Source: Schmidtea polychroa (Eukaryota). Taken from it: a stretch of DNA of 64,000 bases. The notes beneath the pieces were generated by a model. The model made no database searches, was not told the origin of the DNA, and saw only the letters and a list, made by a program, of their open reading frames with translations. The translations under genes were made by a program, and so were the position numbers. The stretch covers positions 51,276,001 through 51,340,000 of the forward strand of contig CM097885.1 of NCBI GenBank assembly GCA_044892525.1, written 5' to 3'. This document shows positions 40,216 through 53,483 of the stretch, one piece after another; the stretch's first letter is position 1; every line of letters starts with the position of its first letter.

Positions 40216-40413
40216 TGTGTGTTTAAATTATTTAATAAATGTATTGATTTTATTGTCTTGATTATTTTTAACAGTAACTTTGTGAACAATTTTTATACAT
40301 TGTGTGTAATAATAATATGTTAAAGTTTTGTTAGTTACCTTTATGACCTTTACCCAGTGTGTTAATAAATTTTAAAATTGAATTATTTTCATTTAAATAT
40401 ACTATTAAAAACA

Positions 40414-40942
40414 TTAATTTTTATTCATATATCTACAGAAAATATACATTATAACAACTCCAGTTGTAAGTTTTATATAGTTTTTCATTTTTCTTTTGAT
40501 TTCATCAGTTTCTTTAAAATTGCAGGCCAGTTTATTTAATACACCCCATCCGCCATTGGCTTCTATCCATGGGGTAAACTTGGACTTGATTATCTAGAAA
40601 TGAATATTATTAAAATATAGATTATAAAAGAAATCTTACTTCTAAAGACCAATGATAATAATGTTCTGAATCATGTTGACCTTTTGCAATGATTATCTTC
40701 ATGTAGGTGAATCCTACAATTATCCTTGTCCATTTCATGTCTTCATCGAAAAGACACTGAAATATTCTATTGAAGTAATACTTCTTGGTTTCCAGGGATT
40801 CCGTCTCCATCATCTGCTGATAATCGATATGTTCACCTTCAATGATTTGTTCGGTTCGATTGATCAGGAAATTGAGGCTGTCGACTATATTCGCGGTGAC
40901 AATTCCGTTTAGAACATTTTCCATAAAATTTGGTTGCGACAT
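40414..40942 (-). CDS. Bcl-2 family protein, 160 aa, 2 exons (40942-40640, 40593-40414)
   Basis: BH1-like FNRIFQCLFDEDMKWTRIIVGF. A 46-nt GTAAG..TTTCTAG intron leads to BH2 PWIEANGGW and the tail LTTGVVIMYIFCRYMNKN*. Confidence 0.88.
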
Positions 40943-41154
40943 TTCTAAAATAATTTAAAATATAATGTTTTTATTTATGCTAATACCATATGATTTTGAT
41001 TGGTTGATAGACTATAAATGTAAAAGAAAGGTTTTGATTTGATACACCATAAAAACTATATTGCTAATTATTATAACGAGTGTGTGCTAACACAATACCT
41101 TAATTTTATAATATTCGACTATGTTTTTTGTTAACCATGATTTGTGATGGAAAT

Positions 41155-41205
<51 letters not shown>

Positions 41206-41794
41206 TATGTTTTATTACATTGTTTATTAATACCCTTGCGAGTTGTTGAGCGTGACCAGTACCCTTGTGAGCAGTACCCATAGGGGGACAGAATATTTTG
41301 TCGGATAGACTCGGAGTATATAGATTAATAATATATCAATGAGAACACTAACTTGTTGCGTGTGTGGACACTAATAATATTTTTATACATTGTGTGTGTA
41401 TGACCATAGGGGAACAGAATATTTTGTCGGGTAGACTATATTGTGTGTGTGTAATAATAATTTTATTTTATTAAACTTTTATCAATAAGTTTTTAAAATA
41501 CCGCAACGTAATATATTTAATAATTAAAATATAATAAATTTTAAAATACCGCAACGTAATATATATTTTAAAATATCGCAACGTAATATATATTTTAAAA
41601 TACCGCAACGTAATATAAATTTTAAAATACCGCAACGTAATATAAATTTTAAAATACCGCAACGTAATATAAATTTTAAAAAAAATTTAAACCCCCCCCC
41701 GGGGGGTGGGGGGTGGGGTATGACGTAATATGTCTTTGTGACGTCATCGATGACGTCATATGTCTTTGTTCCCGGGTCCACACAATACCCTACT
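41155..41794 (-). repeat. Right TIR (640 bp)
   Basis: Inverted match to 26169-26874, with six copies of the 27-bp unit. Confidence 0.95.
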
Positions 41795-43080
41795 TTTATA
41801 AATTAAATCGTACTTGAAAATGGATCAAAGTTAAAGAAAAATATAAATGATTTTACCGTTTCTATTTTAATTATTTTCATTTTCACAAATGCTTTTGCCT
41901 TTATCAATTGTTATAGATAAAGCTAAAGATTTGTGTTGTGTAGAAATAATTTTTATTTTTTGTCAAAATGAAAATAAATGAAATATCAAATTACAATTAC
42001 TGTTTATTAATTAATCATTCTATTATATATTTAATAAATATTTTTCTCTTGTGTTTAAATCTTTCATTTATAAAATTTGTATATTTTTGTTATTTTAAAG
42101 ATTCGATTTTCAAATTTTAATTTTTTGTTGAAACTAAGTTTTAAAATCTATCTAAGACATTTCCTACGATTCACACATAAACCAGTTTACTCTATAATTA
42201 AGAGGATTTTCGCAATTCCCAATGTTAAGAACAAACATGAAATCTTTTGTGTCACTCTAAATAATAATTATTTCATCTTTAGAAAATGGAATATACTTTG
42301 TAAGATGTATTTAAAATATTAGTATATATTAGGATGTTTGTAGTATGTTGAAATTGTATAATTAAATTGCTCGAAATATTGTCTGTATTTAGTTAAATTC
42401 TCCGCATATATTATATTGGAATATGTAATTTTGACTTTTCTTTTAATTATACATGTATTTCTTTTTGTGAAAATTGATCTTATAGCCATGATTGAGTTAT
42501 TAATAATATAAAGTTATTAATTAATTAATAAAAATAATTAACAAAATATTGATTTTGATCAGAAACTTCAAAACAATTTATTTAAATATAAATTATTATT
42601 ATTATTTGAAAAAACATTTAAAAAATATTTTCATTAATCATTAAAAATTTCATTATTCTCAATTTCATTTTAATAAATCATTTGATGACAGACATTGACG
42701 ATTAATTATAATTTTAATGATTACAATAATTGCAATTTTATCATTTTTTATATTATTTTAGAGCTCAAAAAACTTTCAAAATTATTTCATCATTTACAGT
42801 GTCATTTGTCAAATTTTTCACAAACAAACCGGTGCTTTTTCACAAATTTCAGTGATAACAGTCTCTTCAATAATGGCAATATTTCGTTGACTGATATGAG
42901 TGATGCAAAACACAAATCTAAATTATTTCAATTTAATATTTTGTTTTTTATTGTATATGATAATATCTTTTCAAAACGTTTTTCATTCATCATTATGGCA
43001 AATAATTCAGCTCAAAATCATACCATGGAAATTAATTGGGAAAAGCTGACCAATGGTAACGGTGACAAGTAACTTTATAA

Positions 43081-43235
<155 letters not shown>

Positions 43236-43987
43236 TATTATTTTTTTTATTATTATTATTATTTTATTGTTTTTATTATTTTTATTATTATTATTATTAT
43301 TATTCTTTTAAATAATATAAATGAACAATCATCAAAAATGAACAATGCTAATTTTTATGGAATATTAATGAAAATTCAATGTATTAATTATTTAAAATTC
43401 GACGAATTTATTTTGGCCAGAATAAGTCCGGCTGGTAAAATAATATATGGTCAAGGTAACTGTTTATATTATAAAGATTTCTGTTAATAAATTTCATTCA
43501 GTTAAATTGTTGAAATAAATATAAACAAAAAATTGTAAAAAGCAGTTTGATAAATTCAATTGCTTAAATTCTTCATTTTATTACTGAAAAACTATTTAAT
43601 TGGTTTTAATAACCTTTTTTTGTTAATTTTAGTATTAATTAAATAAAAACACTGTATATAACAAAAATAAAAATGTAAATAAGAAAAAAGGTCATTAATA
43701 AATATATTATAACTACATATTGTTACAGATTTAGTGTCTTCACCAGATAATGTTTTTTGTTTTATTCTGTATTTTTAAAATTAAGCGAATAAAAATTTAA
43801 AAAATTACTAATTAATTAAAAACTACTAAAATACATGATTTTGTGACCCTAAGTTTCTATCATCAATGCCTCACAGTCAACTATTTTTCAATAGTTACTT
43901 AGGATTTTTATTGTTTTTTTTTAAAATTGACTATGAATCAGTAAAGATAGAATTTCTGGTTTATTAAAGAATTAAAGTTTACCAATT

Positions 43988-44209
43988 TCAATGGGCATTT
44001 ATATCACGCATTGCTTTTTGACGCTCACCATTTATACATTCATTTATACATGTAACAAGAACAATAGGAAAGCAAAATAAAGCATGCTTCAGTTCAACAA
44101 TATTTAAATAAGCTTGTAGTAATGAATTAAAATAGCAGGAATTTGCATAATATTTAAATCCAGTTGCAAAATTCGTGTCTGAATTCAAAATTCCTTTGAT
44201 ATAATCCAT
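43988..44209 (-). pseudogene. Ubiquitin-specific protease (C19) Cys-box fragment
   Basis: GFKYYANSCYFNSLLQAY resembles GLxNxGNTCYxNSxLQxL; no His box seen. Confidence 0.55.
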
Positions 44210-47200
44210 ATTTCATTTAAATAACCGTTAAAGCTGTTTTTTAAAATTTTAAGTAACAAATAGAACCAAATCTTTAATTTACTTCAAAAATTGTTTTAAT
44301 TGAAAGACAGTTCAATTCGAAACTTCTTGATTTTTTACAACTTAAAAGATAAACAAAATTTATAAATTGAGAATTTATATTAAACTATGTCACTTTTTTA
44401 TCCCCAATTAATTAATTTATTTATTTATAATCTTTTTTTAATTTTAATTACTATTTTCATCACTGACCAAAAGAAAAGATCTTTGGCAACTTTTCATCCA
44501 GAAACTTTTCATTTGCGCTTTTATTAGCCTCATAAAATATAAGCAAAATAATATATATGAAATCGCAGTTAAACTAATATTTTCTCAATTAAAGGACATT
44601 TATTAGTGTTATTGACAGAACAATTTGAAGAAAACGAGAAAATAGTGTTGGAAATTTTATTATCAACGCTTTAATTTTTTTATCATAAAATATTTTTATA
44701 GCAAATAATTAATATACTATAATGTAATATTTTTTTGTGTTTCTTTTTTATTCATTTATCATATATTAAATTTTAATATAACTTATCCTAAATTAATTAC
44801 ATTATTAATAATATTTGAATTTGTTGAAAATATATTTTGTCAAATGAATAACTGAAATGACTTTATATTCCGAGGGTTGCTTTAATATAATTAGAAATAA
44901 TTAAAATATATGTATAAATGTAAAATAAATATTGAGAAATTAATTTAATAGTGTAATTAATATTTATTTATTAAATATCCCAATTAGTCACTTGCTAAAA
45001 ACACAAATATTTTTATAATAGAAATTCAGATAAAACATATTTTTGCTTTAAATTGTGCTAACTTGTTATATTTACTTGTTATTTAGTAGTTTATTTATTT
45101 ATGACAGTTGAATTGTTAAAACTTGGTCCTAATTTATCATTGAATATTTATCTTATTAGAATTATGAGAGAAACTCCCAAAACTTTATTAATTATTCCTA
45201 CTAATTAAAAAAACTTCTCAGCTTTGACGAAAAATATTCTTAATTAGTTTTTAGTTGGCGCATTTGATGATTTTAATTTATTTTAAGTAAAGCGTTATTT
45301 AAACAATATTTTGGAATTGAAATGAAATATTTTATTAATTTCTAAAAGCCATTAGCAGTTTAATAAATTATTAAAATCCAAATTTAATAATTATAAACGA
45401 ATATTATTGGCAGATATTTAATATATTTCAAAATTTAGTTATCAAGCAAAATTGTCGAAAATAAATCCACTTCATTAATAAAAAAAATTGTTATTCTTTA
45501 AAGCCTTTAGAAAATATGAAATTTAATTCGAAAAAATAAGAATTAAATATTTAAATAAAATTTACAGGGAAATATAATTTGAAAAGTATCGATATTGTTG
45601 CAAATATTTTGTCGGAATAAAGTAAATAAAAATCTCTAAAATTTCTATTTTTACGATAAAACTGACAACAAGGAAAATTGAATTCATAATAAGACAGTCG
45701 AGGAGAGAATTTCATCTAGATTTTACCTACCGTCAACTGGATTAATGTGAGCATAGAAAATTAAATAGAATGAAAAATCTGCTGGATAAAAACAAATTAA
45801 TACGCAGAGATTTTCCAGCAAAACAATTACCTTATGTTGTCTTTTCATTTAATGCAGATAATGATAATAATTATGCATATAATTTGTACAGATCGTTAAC
45901 GAAAAATAATGTCATTATTTCATTCCATAATTATATTTTTTTGTTTCATTAACTGATAAAAGGTAAATTATTTGTGGCTTAAATATTATTTGGTTAAATA
46001 TATAAAAATTCGTTTAAATAGTATTATGGTTAGTTTAACCAGATTCGTTTTCCTCACTATTAATTATTATTATTATTATTATTATTATTATGATTATTAT
46101 TATTATTATTATTATTATTGCTATTATTATTACTAATGTTATATATTTGGAAAAAGTTTCAATAATATTTAAGTATTTTATTATTTAATGAATTCAAACC
46201 TTCCTTGTATAATGTCTTTCAAACACCAAATTGAATTTGAAAAGTTGTTTTGCTTGTTTTAGTTTGCATTACATTTTTTACTTTACTTTTTTACATGATA
46301 AATTAAATAATATTTAATGATAGCATATATTATTTATTGAAGTTTAACAATAATAATGGTAAAAGTAAATACTTTTTGAAATTAATGAAAAATAATGAAG
46401 TTTTTCTAAATTTCGAGGCCAATTAAGATTTGTCAAAGGGATTATTAAATCAAGTATGTACAGATTTAAATAAACGGGTTTGCTATTGAATTTTGAAATT
46501 AAATTGTAAATAAATTATAAAATTTTCTTTTTTTATTTATAATAAACAAATAACTTATTTTAAATCATTGATAAACATAAAAATATCCTTAGTCATAAAA
46601 TTCTAAAAACTATTATAAAAAGTATGTGAAAATTTAAAATTGCATAAAATTTAATTAAATTAAGAAAATGGCATATAAAAATACAACTCAAAATTTGATT
46701 ACTCGAAAGTTTATAAAAAACTTAAGCAAAGTAAGCATAAATGAATATGTAGCAAGTGGTGAGTCAATAAAAGAATATTTGTGATTTACTTAGTTTCAAT
46801 ATGAGACTTAATCGGATGAGTATAAATTCAATTTAATTATATTTTCATTATGTCAAAATGGTTATAAAAATAAAATTATTTTTCACCATTTTCAAATTCT
46901 ATCTGTTATAAGCAGAAAAATGTATACACTACGCGATAAATGCACACAAACTTAATAAAGGCACATAGTCAAATATCCAGTTCTATTTACAAACATCATG
47001 ATAAAAAGTAAGTAAACAATTTTGAGTTAATTACGTATTGATGTATTTAAGTTAATGTCTTCCCTTATGAAATTTTAAAGGCAAATATATCATTAAAATA
47101 ATAATTTGAAATTAATGATAAAATACTCAAATATTCATAGATTTAGTGCACGTATTGAAGAATTTAAATGCAATTTACTGAATAAAACTTATTTTCATAA

Positions 47201-48282
47201 TGATAAATTTATTTTTTAAATCTGAACAAATTATCTATTAAAATAATTTTAGCAATTTATAAATTAAAAATATGAATTTTACAATTGAATTGAAAAAACT
47301 AAGTTCTAACTTTAGATCAATGGATCACACAGGGGTAGTCCAAAAGGTCCGGACATTCTCTAGAATTTGGAAAATCTATGTAACAGGAATTGATTAATAA
47401 AATATTTATAGATTTATGTGATGTGAAGATGAATTTTATCGTAAATTTCGATAACATTGTATCTTATTGATAAATGAAAATATGTTCGTCATAATAATAA
47501 CAAATTGTGAGGAAAGAAAAACTCCAATTGTTAAATAAAGGAGCTACTGAACTGAAATATAGCGGTTATTACTAAGGATAAGTAAAGAAGTGACGCTTAC
47601 ACGCGATACTTTTACAATGAAGCTCTAATAAACATTTTGAATAAAATTTATTAAATAAACATATGCTTTTTTCTAAAGAGAATTCCGTATTGTTTAATAA
47701 AGATAGTCTGTTTTTTCAAAAAAACTTAACATGCAATTTTGTAATTTAGAAGATTATTTACATATTTAAAACATAATTGCTTTAGACACTAATATCTAAA
47801 GAAAATATGTAAAAATGTAGACTATTTTTTAACACTTTATATTCGAACAGACAAATTTCGACATTTAAAAAGATTGAGTGAATTTTACGTTATTTAACTA
47901 TAAAAATTTTTTTCAAACAATCATAATTTTTTTGTTAACAATTTTAAATTGAAAATAAGTTTTTTCTCAACTTTAACTGATATTATATGATTTAATGGCA
48001 ATTTTCAGCCTAACAATTCTTTACTAAAAATTCGGTGAAAAATATTGAGAATTCAAAGAATAAATAGTTGTTAAGATATAAAGAAGACTCACTTCAATTT
48101 GAGTTTCTCTAATAAAATAGATTATTAAAATGTAAGATAGCAAATTTGTTATAAGACCAATATGGACAATCTTATATCTTTCGAAAAAGAAAATTGACGT
48201 TGGATTGCAAAACATATTTTAAAATTAATTCAACGAATAATATTTTGCATGTACGTCTTGTATTAGAAATTATGACAAGTAG

Positions 48283-48332
<50 letters not shown>

Positions 48333-48943
48333 AACCTTGGACTATATTTTCTCCATCGTCAAAACTAGCGCGTCTATGAATAATCCATTATTACTCTTTT
48401 GTTATAATAGACATTACAGTATATTGAAATAAGGCAAAAGATTTTTATAATTTTATTTATTTTAATATTCAAGTTGAAAAATTAAAAGTATCATTTAAAC
48501 ATTGATTATATGACAAATGTAAAGAAATAATCAATTATTAAAAACGTGGAGATAAAATGAAATCTATATTTCAAAAAAATAACAATTTTTATAAAAAGTT
48601 CATTTTGAAAATCGTTTGTTGAATTTGTGAGCATTAATTCCAATCACCACTGAAAAATCTTTTTACACTACAAAAATATTTTAATTAATAAAAATAATAG
48701 GTGTAATTATAATATATAAGTCCATATAACAAAAGAACAATTATTAAATCTTTTCAAATATGTTAATTAATATTTAGAAATGATAAAAAAGCTTTTACTC
48801 TGAAATATTGAAAAGCTCCTAATCTGACTAATCTCGTGTTTATCAATTTTCTTTTGATAAATAATTTATTTGTATTTACTTCGAAAGAAAATTCATTAAT
48901 TTTTTGTTTTTTGAAAGTATCTAAGTAATATTTATATTAATAA

Positions 48944-48981
<38 letters not shown>

Positions 48982-49039
48982 CAATTAAATGATAATTTAA
49001 TCCTTTTGCAGTCTTTTTCAATTTTAATTCGAACCTATT

Positions 49040-49565
49040 TTTGATGTTGAAATTAATATGTTGTCAAGTTCGAGGGTGAAAAATATCAGATCTAAGAACA
49101 CTAATCGAAAATATGTGTTGATAATACCTTATTCTGAAAGTTTCAGAGAATTGAAGTATAAGATCCTTAAACATGTAGATAAGGCTATATTTATGATAGT
49201 TTCAACGTCTTGCAAGGTTGGTAGCATGTGTACTAAAAAGTCTTGAGCTCCAATTGGTTTGTGTTCGGAATTCGTGTATCAGTTTTCATGTAATGGATGT
49301 AATGCCACATACATTGGAGAGACTGCCCGTCATGTCTGCACTTGAGTTCTTGAGCATTGCCGGCGGAATGGATTAACCTACATTAGTGATCATTTTAGGA
49401 AGTGTACCAGTAAAAAATAAGTATTGGTGATTTTAAGATCTTGTCGAAGAGTTTGAGTAATTACTGGGAACGAGTAACGTGCGAAGCGTTGTTAATTAGA
49501 TTATTAAATCCTATAATTAATATTCAAAGTGCTCAGTCTACAGTTATTTTGAATGTATTTAAATA
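49040..49565 (+). mobile_element. Penelope-like retroelement 3' fragment (GIY-YIG endonuclease), degraded
   Basis: IPY linker, VYQFSCNGCNATYIGETAR, EH and EALLI..NP.IN, with in-frame stops. Confidence 0.85.
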
Positions 49566-49889
49566 ATTTAACTTGTATATTTAATATTTGGGATGATGTT
49601 ATTGTTTGTTAAATCTTCTGTATGAATGCAAATTTTAATTTTTAATTTTCAAGTTTAAATTAAATATAAATTCAATTCAAATTTAAATTATATTAATTTA
49701 AAAAAATAATTTTGTATGAGAATGTTAACAATTTTATGCGTTTTTTTAAATTAAAATAATGTGTGTATGATTAAAAAAAATTTTTTCTAAAATTTTATTA
49801 AAATATCTTTTATTTGATATTGTTTGATTACAATTATTAGTTGTTTATTTGTTTGAATATTATTATTTTCATTTTGTTTTAAATAATAC

Positions 49890-49938
49890 GATTCCTAGCC
49901 TGAAGAAGGCTGTTAAACGGTCGAAATATATAGAAATG
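49890..49938 (+). ncRNA. Minimal hammerhead ribozyme motif in the Penelope pseudo-LTR
   Basis: CTGAAGA (49900) - stem II GGCTGT/ACGGTC - GAAA (49923) - TATA, with flanking TTCCTA/TAGAAA stem I, downstream of the PLE ORF. Confidence 0.6.
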
Positions 49939-51666
49939 TTATATTTTAATATACTTAGTTGGTGATTTTTTATTATAACAATTTTGCTTTCGTTCTTTGA
50001 TTAATAATAATAATATTATTATTATTACATCGGTAATATCACCATGCATTTTAGTATTAAAATAATTATATTCTATATTCTCTTTTTCAGTGCTTTATAA
50101 AGATATTGAATAATTTTTTAGTATGAATTTTTCGAATTTGTTTAAAAATTTAAAATAGTGATTCTTCCGATTTTTTTCATAATTTATATATTAGTCTCTA
50201 AACTTTATAAACTATATATAATAAGTATTTACGTTCTTTTCAGAGGTGTCAATGATAAAAGCTTTTATTATAAATGAGTTAAATTTTACTTTGTCATTTT
50301 TCTAATATAATAATTAATTTATGTTCATGGAACTGATATATTTTTTAAATAGTTTTTCTCTTTATACTTTCCTTCAATTTATTATTACATATTATTACGC
50401 TTTATTATATTATAATGTATTTTTCTTTTTTTATATTATTAATGATCAGTGGATTTGCGGTGAACGAGAAACAATTTTAACTATTAAAACCTAACTATTT
50501 ATAAGATATAGACATAATTCTTCAATGTAACATTATTTTACAATATAAATTGCATTCGGAGATAAACTGTTTTTTTTCATCTATATTTCATATATATTTC
50601 ATTTATTAAAAAGAGCTTGAAGACTATAAATCAGTAAATATATCGATGTTTTTGATGTTCACAAATTTTCGGCACTGCCTTTTTCAATTTGAAAAAGGAA
50701 TTTAATAATTTTAAAAAAATAGTGAATTATTTAAATATTCAAACAAAATTAATTTGTAATTGTGTGTATGAGTACTTGATAATTAAATTAAATAATTGTT
50801 TGCTGTTTGTATGAATGTTTGCTACATGACTGAACCTTTGATGAATCAACTTTCATGTTTCATAGTCATATCTAATTTCCTAGATATTAATATATTGTAA
50901 TAAAATAGAATTTAATAATGCAGATTTTTTCATATATAACAATGTGTATTTATTTTATTATTTTTTGTTAATGTCGTTTCATACAATTGGTTGTCGTTAT
51001 AATGTGGCGGAAATACATTTTCTATTTAATACAGTTTAGAAAATTAGAAAAATAATTTATATTATTAGGTTGTTGTAAACTCATATACGTGCTTATTTAA
51101 AATAGAACCTTTAATATGTTTTAAATCAAGAAGTATACTATTTATAATTTTATTTTTCATAATAATTATGTAACCTATTAAATAAACAAAACAAAATTAA
51201 TAGTTAATAAAATCGAATTTTCGAAAGAGAGCATAATAAATATCGGATTTACAAAACATTTTTTCATCTAGATTATCACAAAGCTTCCAGAAAAATAATG
51301 TTTCTTTGAGAAATTATTTATCCGGATTGACTGAGCAGTTTTACAACAAATCCTCAAACGAAAGGAATCGTTCAGGAACAATTGTCTATTTCCTATTTCC
51401 AAAATTAAACTTGGTTAGATTTTACTTATTTCATTTTGTTTGAATTTTAATAAAATTAAGCTAAACAAATTTTTGTTAAATCAATAAAGTATTTTTTTTC
51501 TGTTTTTGTTTCTACAATGATTCAGTAGGCTTTAATTAAATCTACTGCTGACATCTGTCGGGAAATTTAATAAGTTTATCGAAAATTATCTAACAAGCAG
51601 TGAAAAATCTTTTTAGAAATGTAATTTGTTTATGTTGATTATTCATATGTAAGTGTAATAGTTTTC

Positions 51667-51903
<237 letters not shown>

Positions 51904-53350
51904 GACGATTTTTAGTTTGTTTTTTATGTATACGTTGAAATAATTTTATGTGGTTTTACAACAATATTAATTTATAAATAAATTTAATTTTCACAATGAG
52001 AAACTTTCACCAGGTGGAAATTTGTTAACAAATTTGTTTTCGGAAAGTTTATTAACAACTGAAATCTGACTTAAATTCATATTTTTTTTGAAGATTTATT
52101 GCTGTCATGAAGTGAAAACGTATAAAAATATTTCATCAGACTGAAATAAATTGATGAAATAAAATTTTAATGGACAATTTTTTTAGAAATCGACATAAAT
52201 GAGAAAGTTCATTGTTTTACAACTAGGTTTAATAAAATATTAATAATATTTAAAATAATATCAATTTAATTAAAAAATGTATTATTTTGCTTTAAAATTT
52301 GAATCATTTTAAAAATTCCATTTCTTCAATAATATATCTTTAAAGATTTATTTAACATATCTTATCTGTGTTTTTCTTTTATTTCCTTGTTTGCTTGTCT
52401 TGTTTCATTATTTATAATGTGAGGTTAGCAATTATATTTATTTATAATATTGTGATTAATTATATTTATTTATAATATTATGGGTGTATTGTGTTTTTAT
52501 TATATGGTTCATTTATATTTTTATTTCTCATTATTTTTAGATGTAACTAATTATGTAATTAAGGTTCGTGAATTTTTGTAATGTTGGCTAGTTTGGTGTT
52601 TCTAATGTGAAATATTGTATTAAATTGTGAGATTTTCTAACCGTTATTGTGTAGATTTTTCAAACGTATATTAAGAGCCAAAATAAAGAGCGCCTTTAAA
52701 ATGTAAATGTCATCAAACCGGAGGAAATATTTTAAATTTGACATAAATATATAAAAAAACAATTTTAAAATTAATATTATAAAATATTCGAACCTGATTA
52801 TTAAAGACAAATCATTTTATAAAAATTATCATTAAAAAGTTTTAATTTAAATTATAAAATATATATAAAATAATTAATTGGTTAAATAGGGGAAATTGAA
52901 ACCTTTGTTTTAAAAAAGCATAAAAATTACAAATCAGATTTCAATTAACAATAATATTTTTAAATAATTGCTTACCAGAAAAATAATCTAAATGTTAATG
53001 AATAAATTAAAACAAAACGAAATATTTTTATAAAAATCAGGAAATTTAAATTTTATTTCGATTTTAAATGAATAAATAAATTAATTTAATGACTTTAGAT
53101 TCTTCAATTTGCTGGCAGGCATATCGAAATGCAATTAACCATCCTCTGTAAAAACCGAAAATTTCCAAGTATAGACGTCTCTTATTCTGACAATGTAGTG
53201 AATACTCTTAAGCGCTGGATTTTGACAACAAAGTGATTATTTCCTTTTTATCATTATTTCTGTTATTATTATCGGTTTCTAATAAAACACAAAAGTCAAC
53301 AACAGTTAGTAAATTATCATATCAATAATGTAATAATTTATTATTATTAC

Positions 53351-53483
<133 letters not shown>

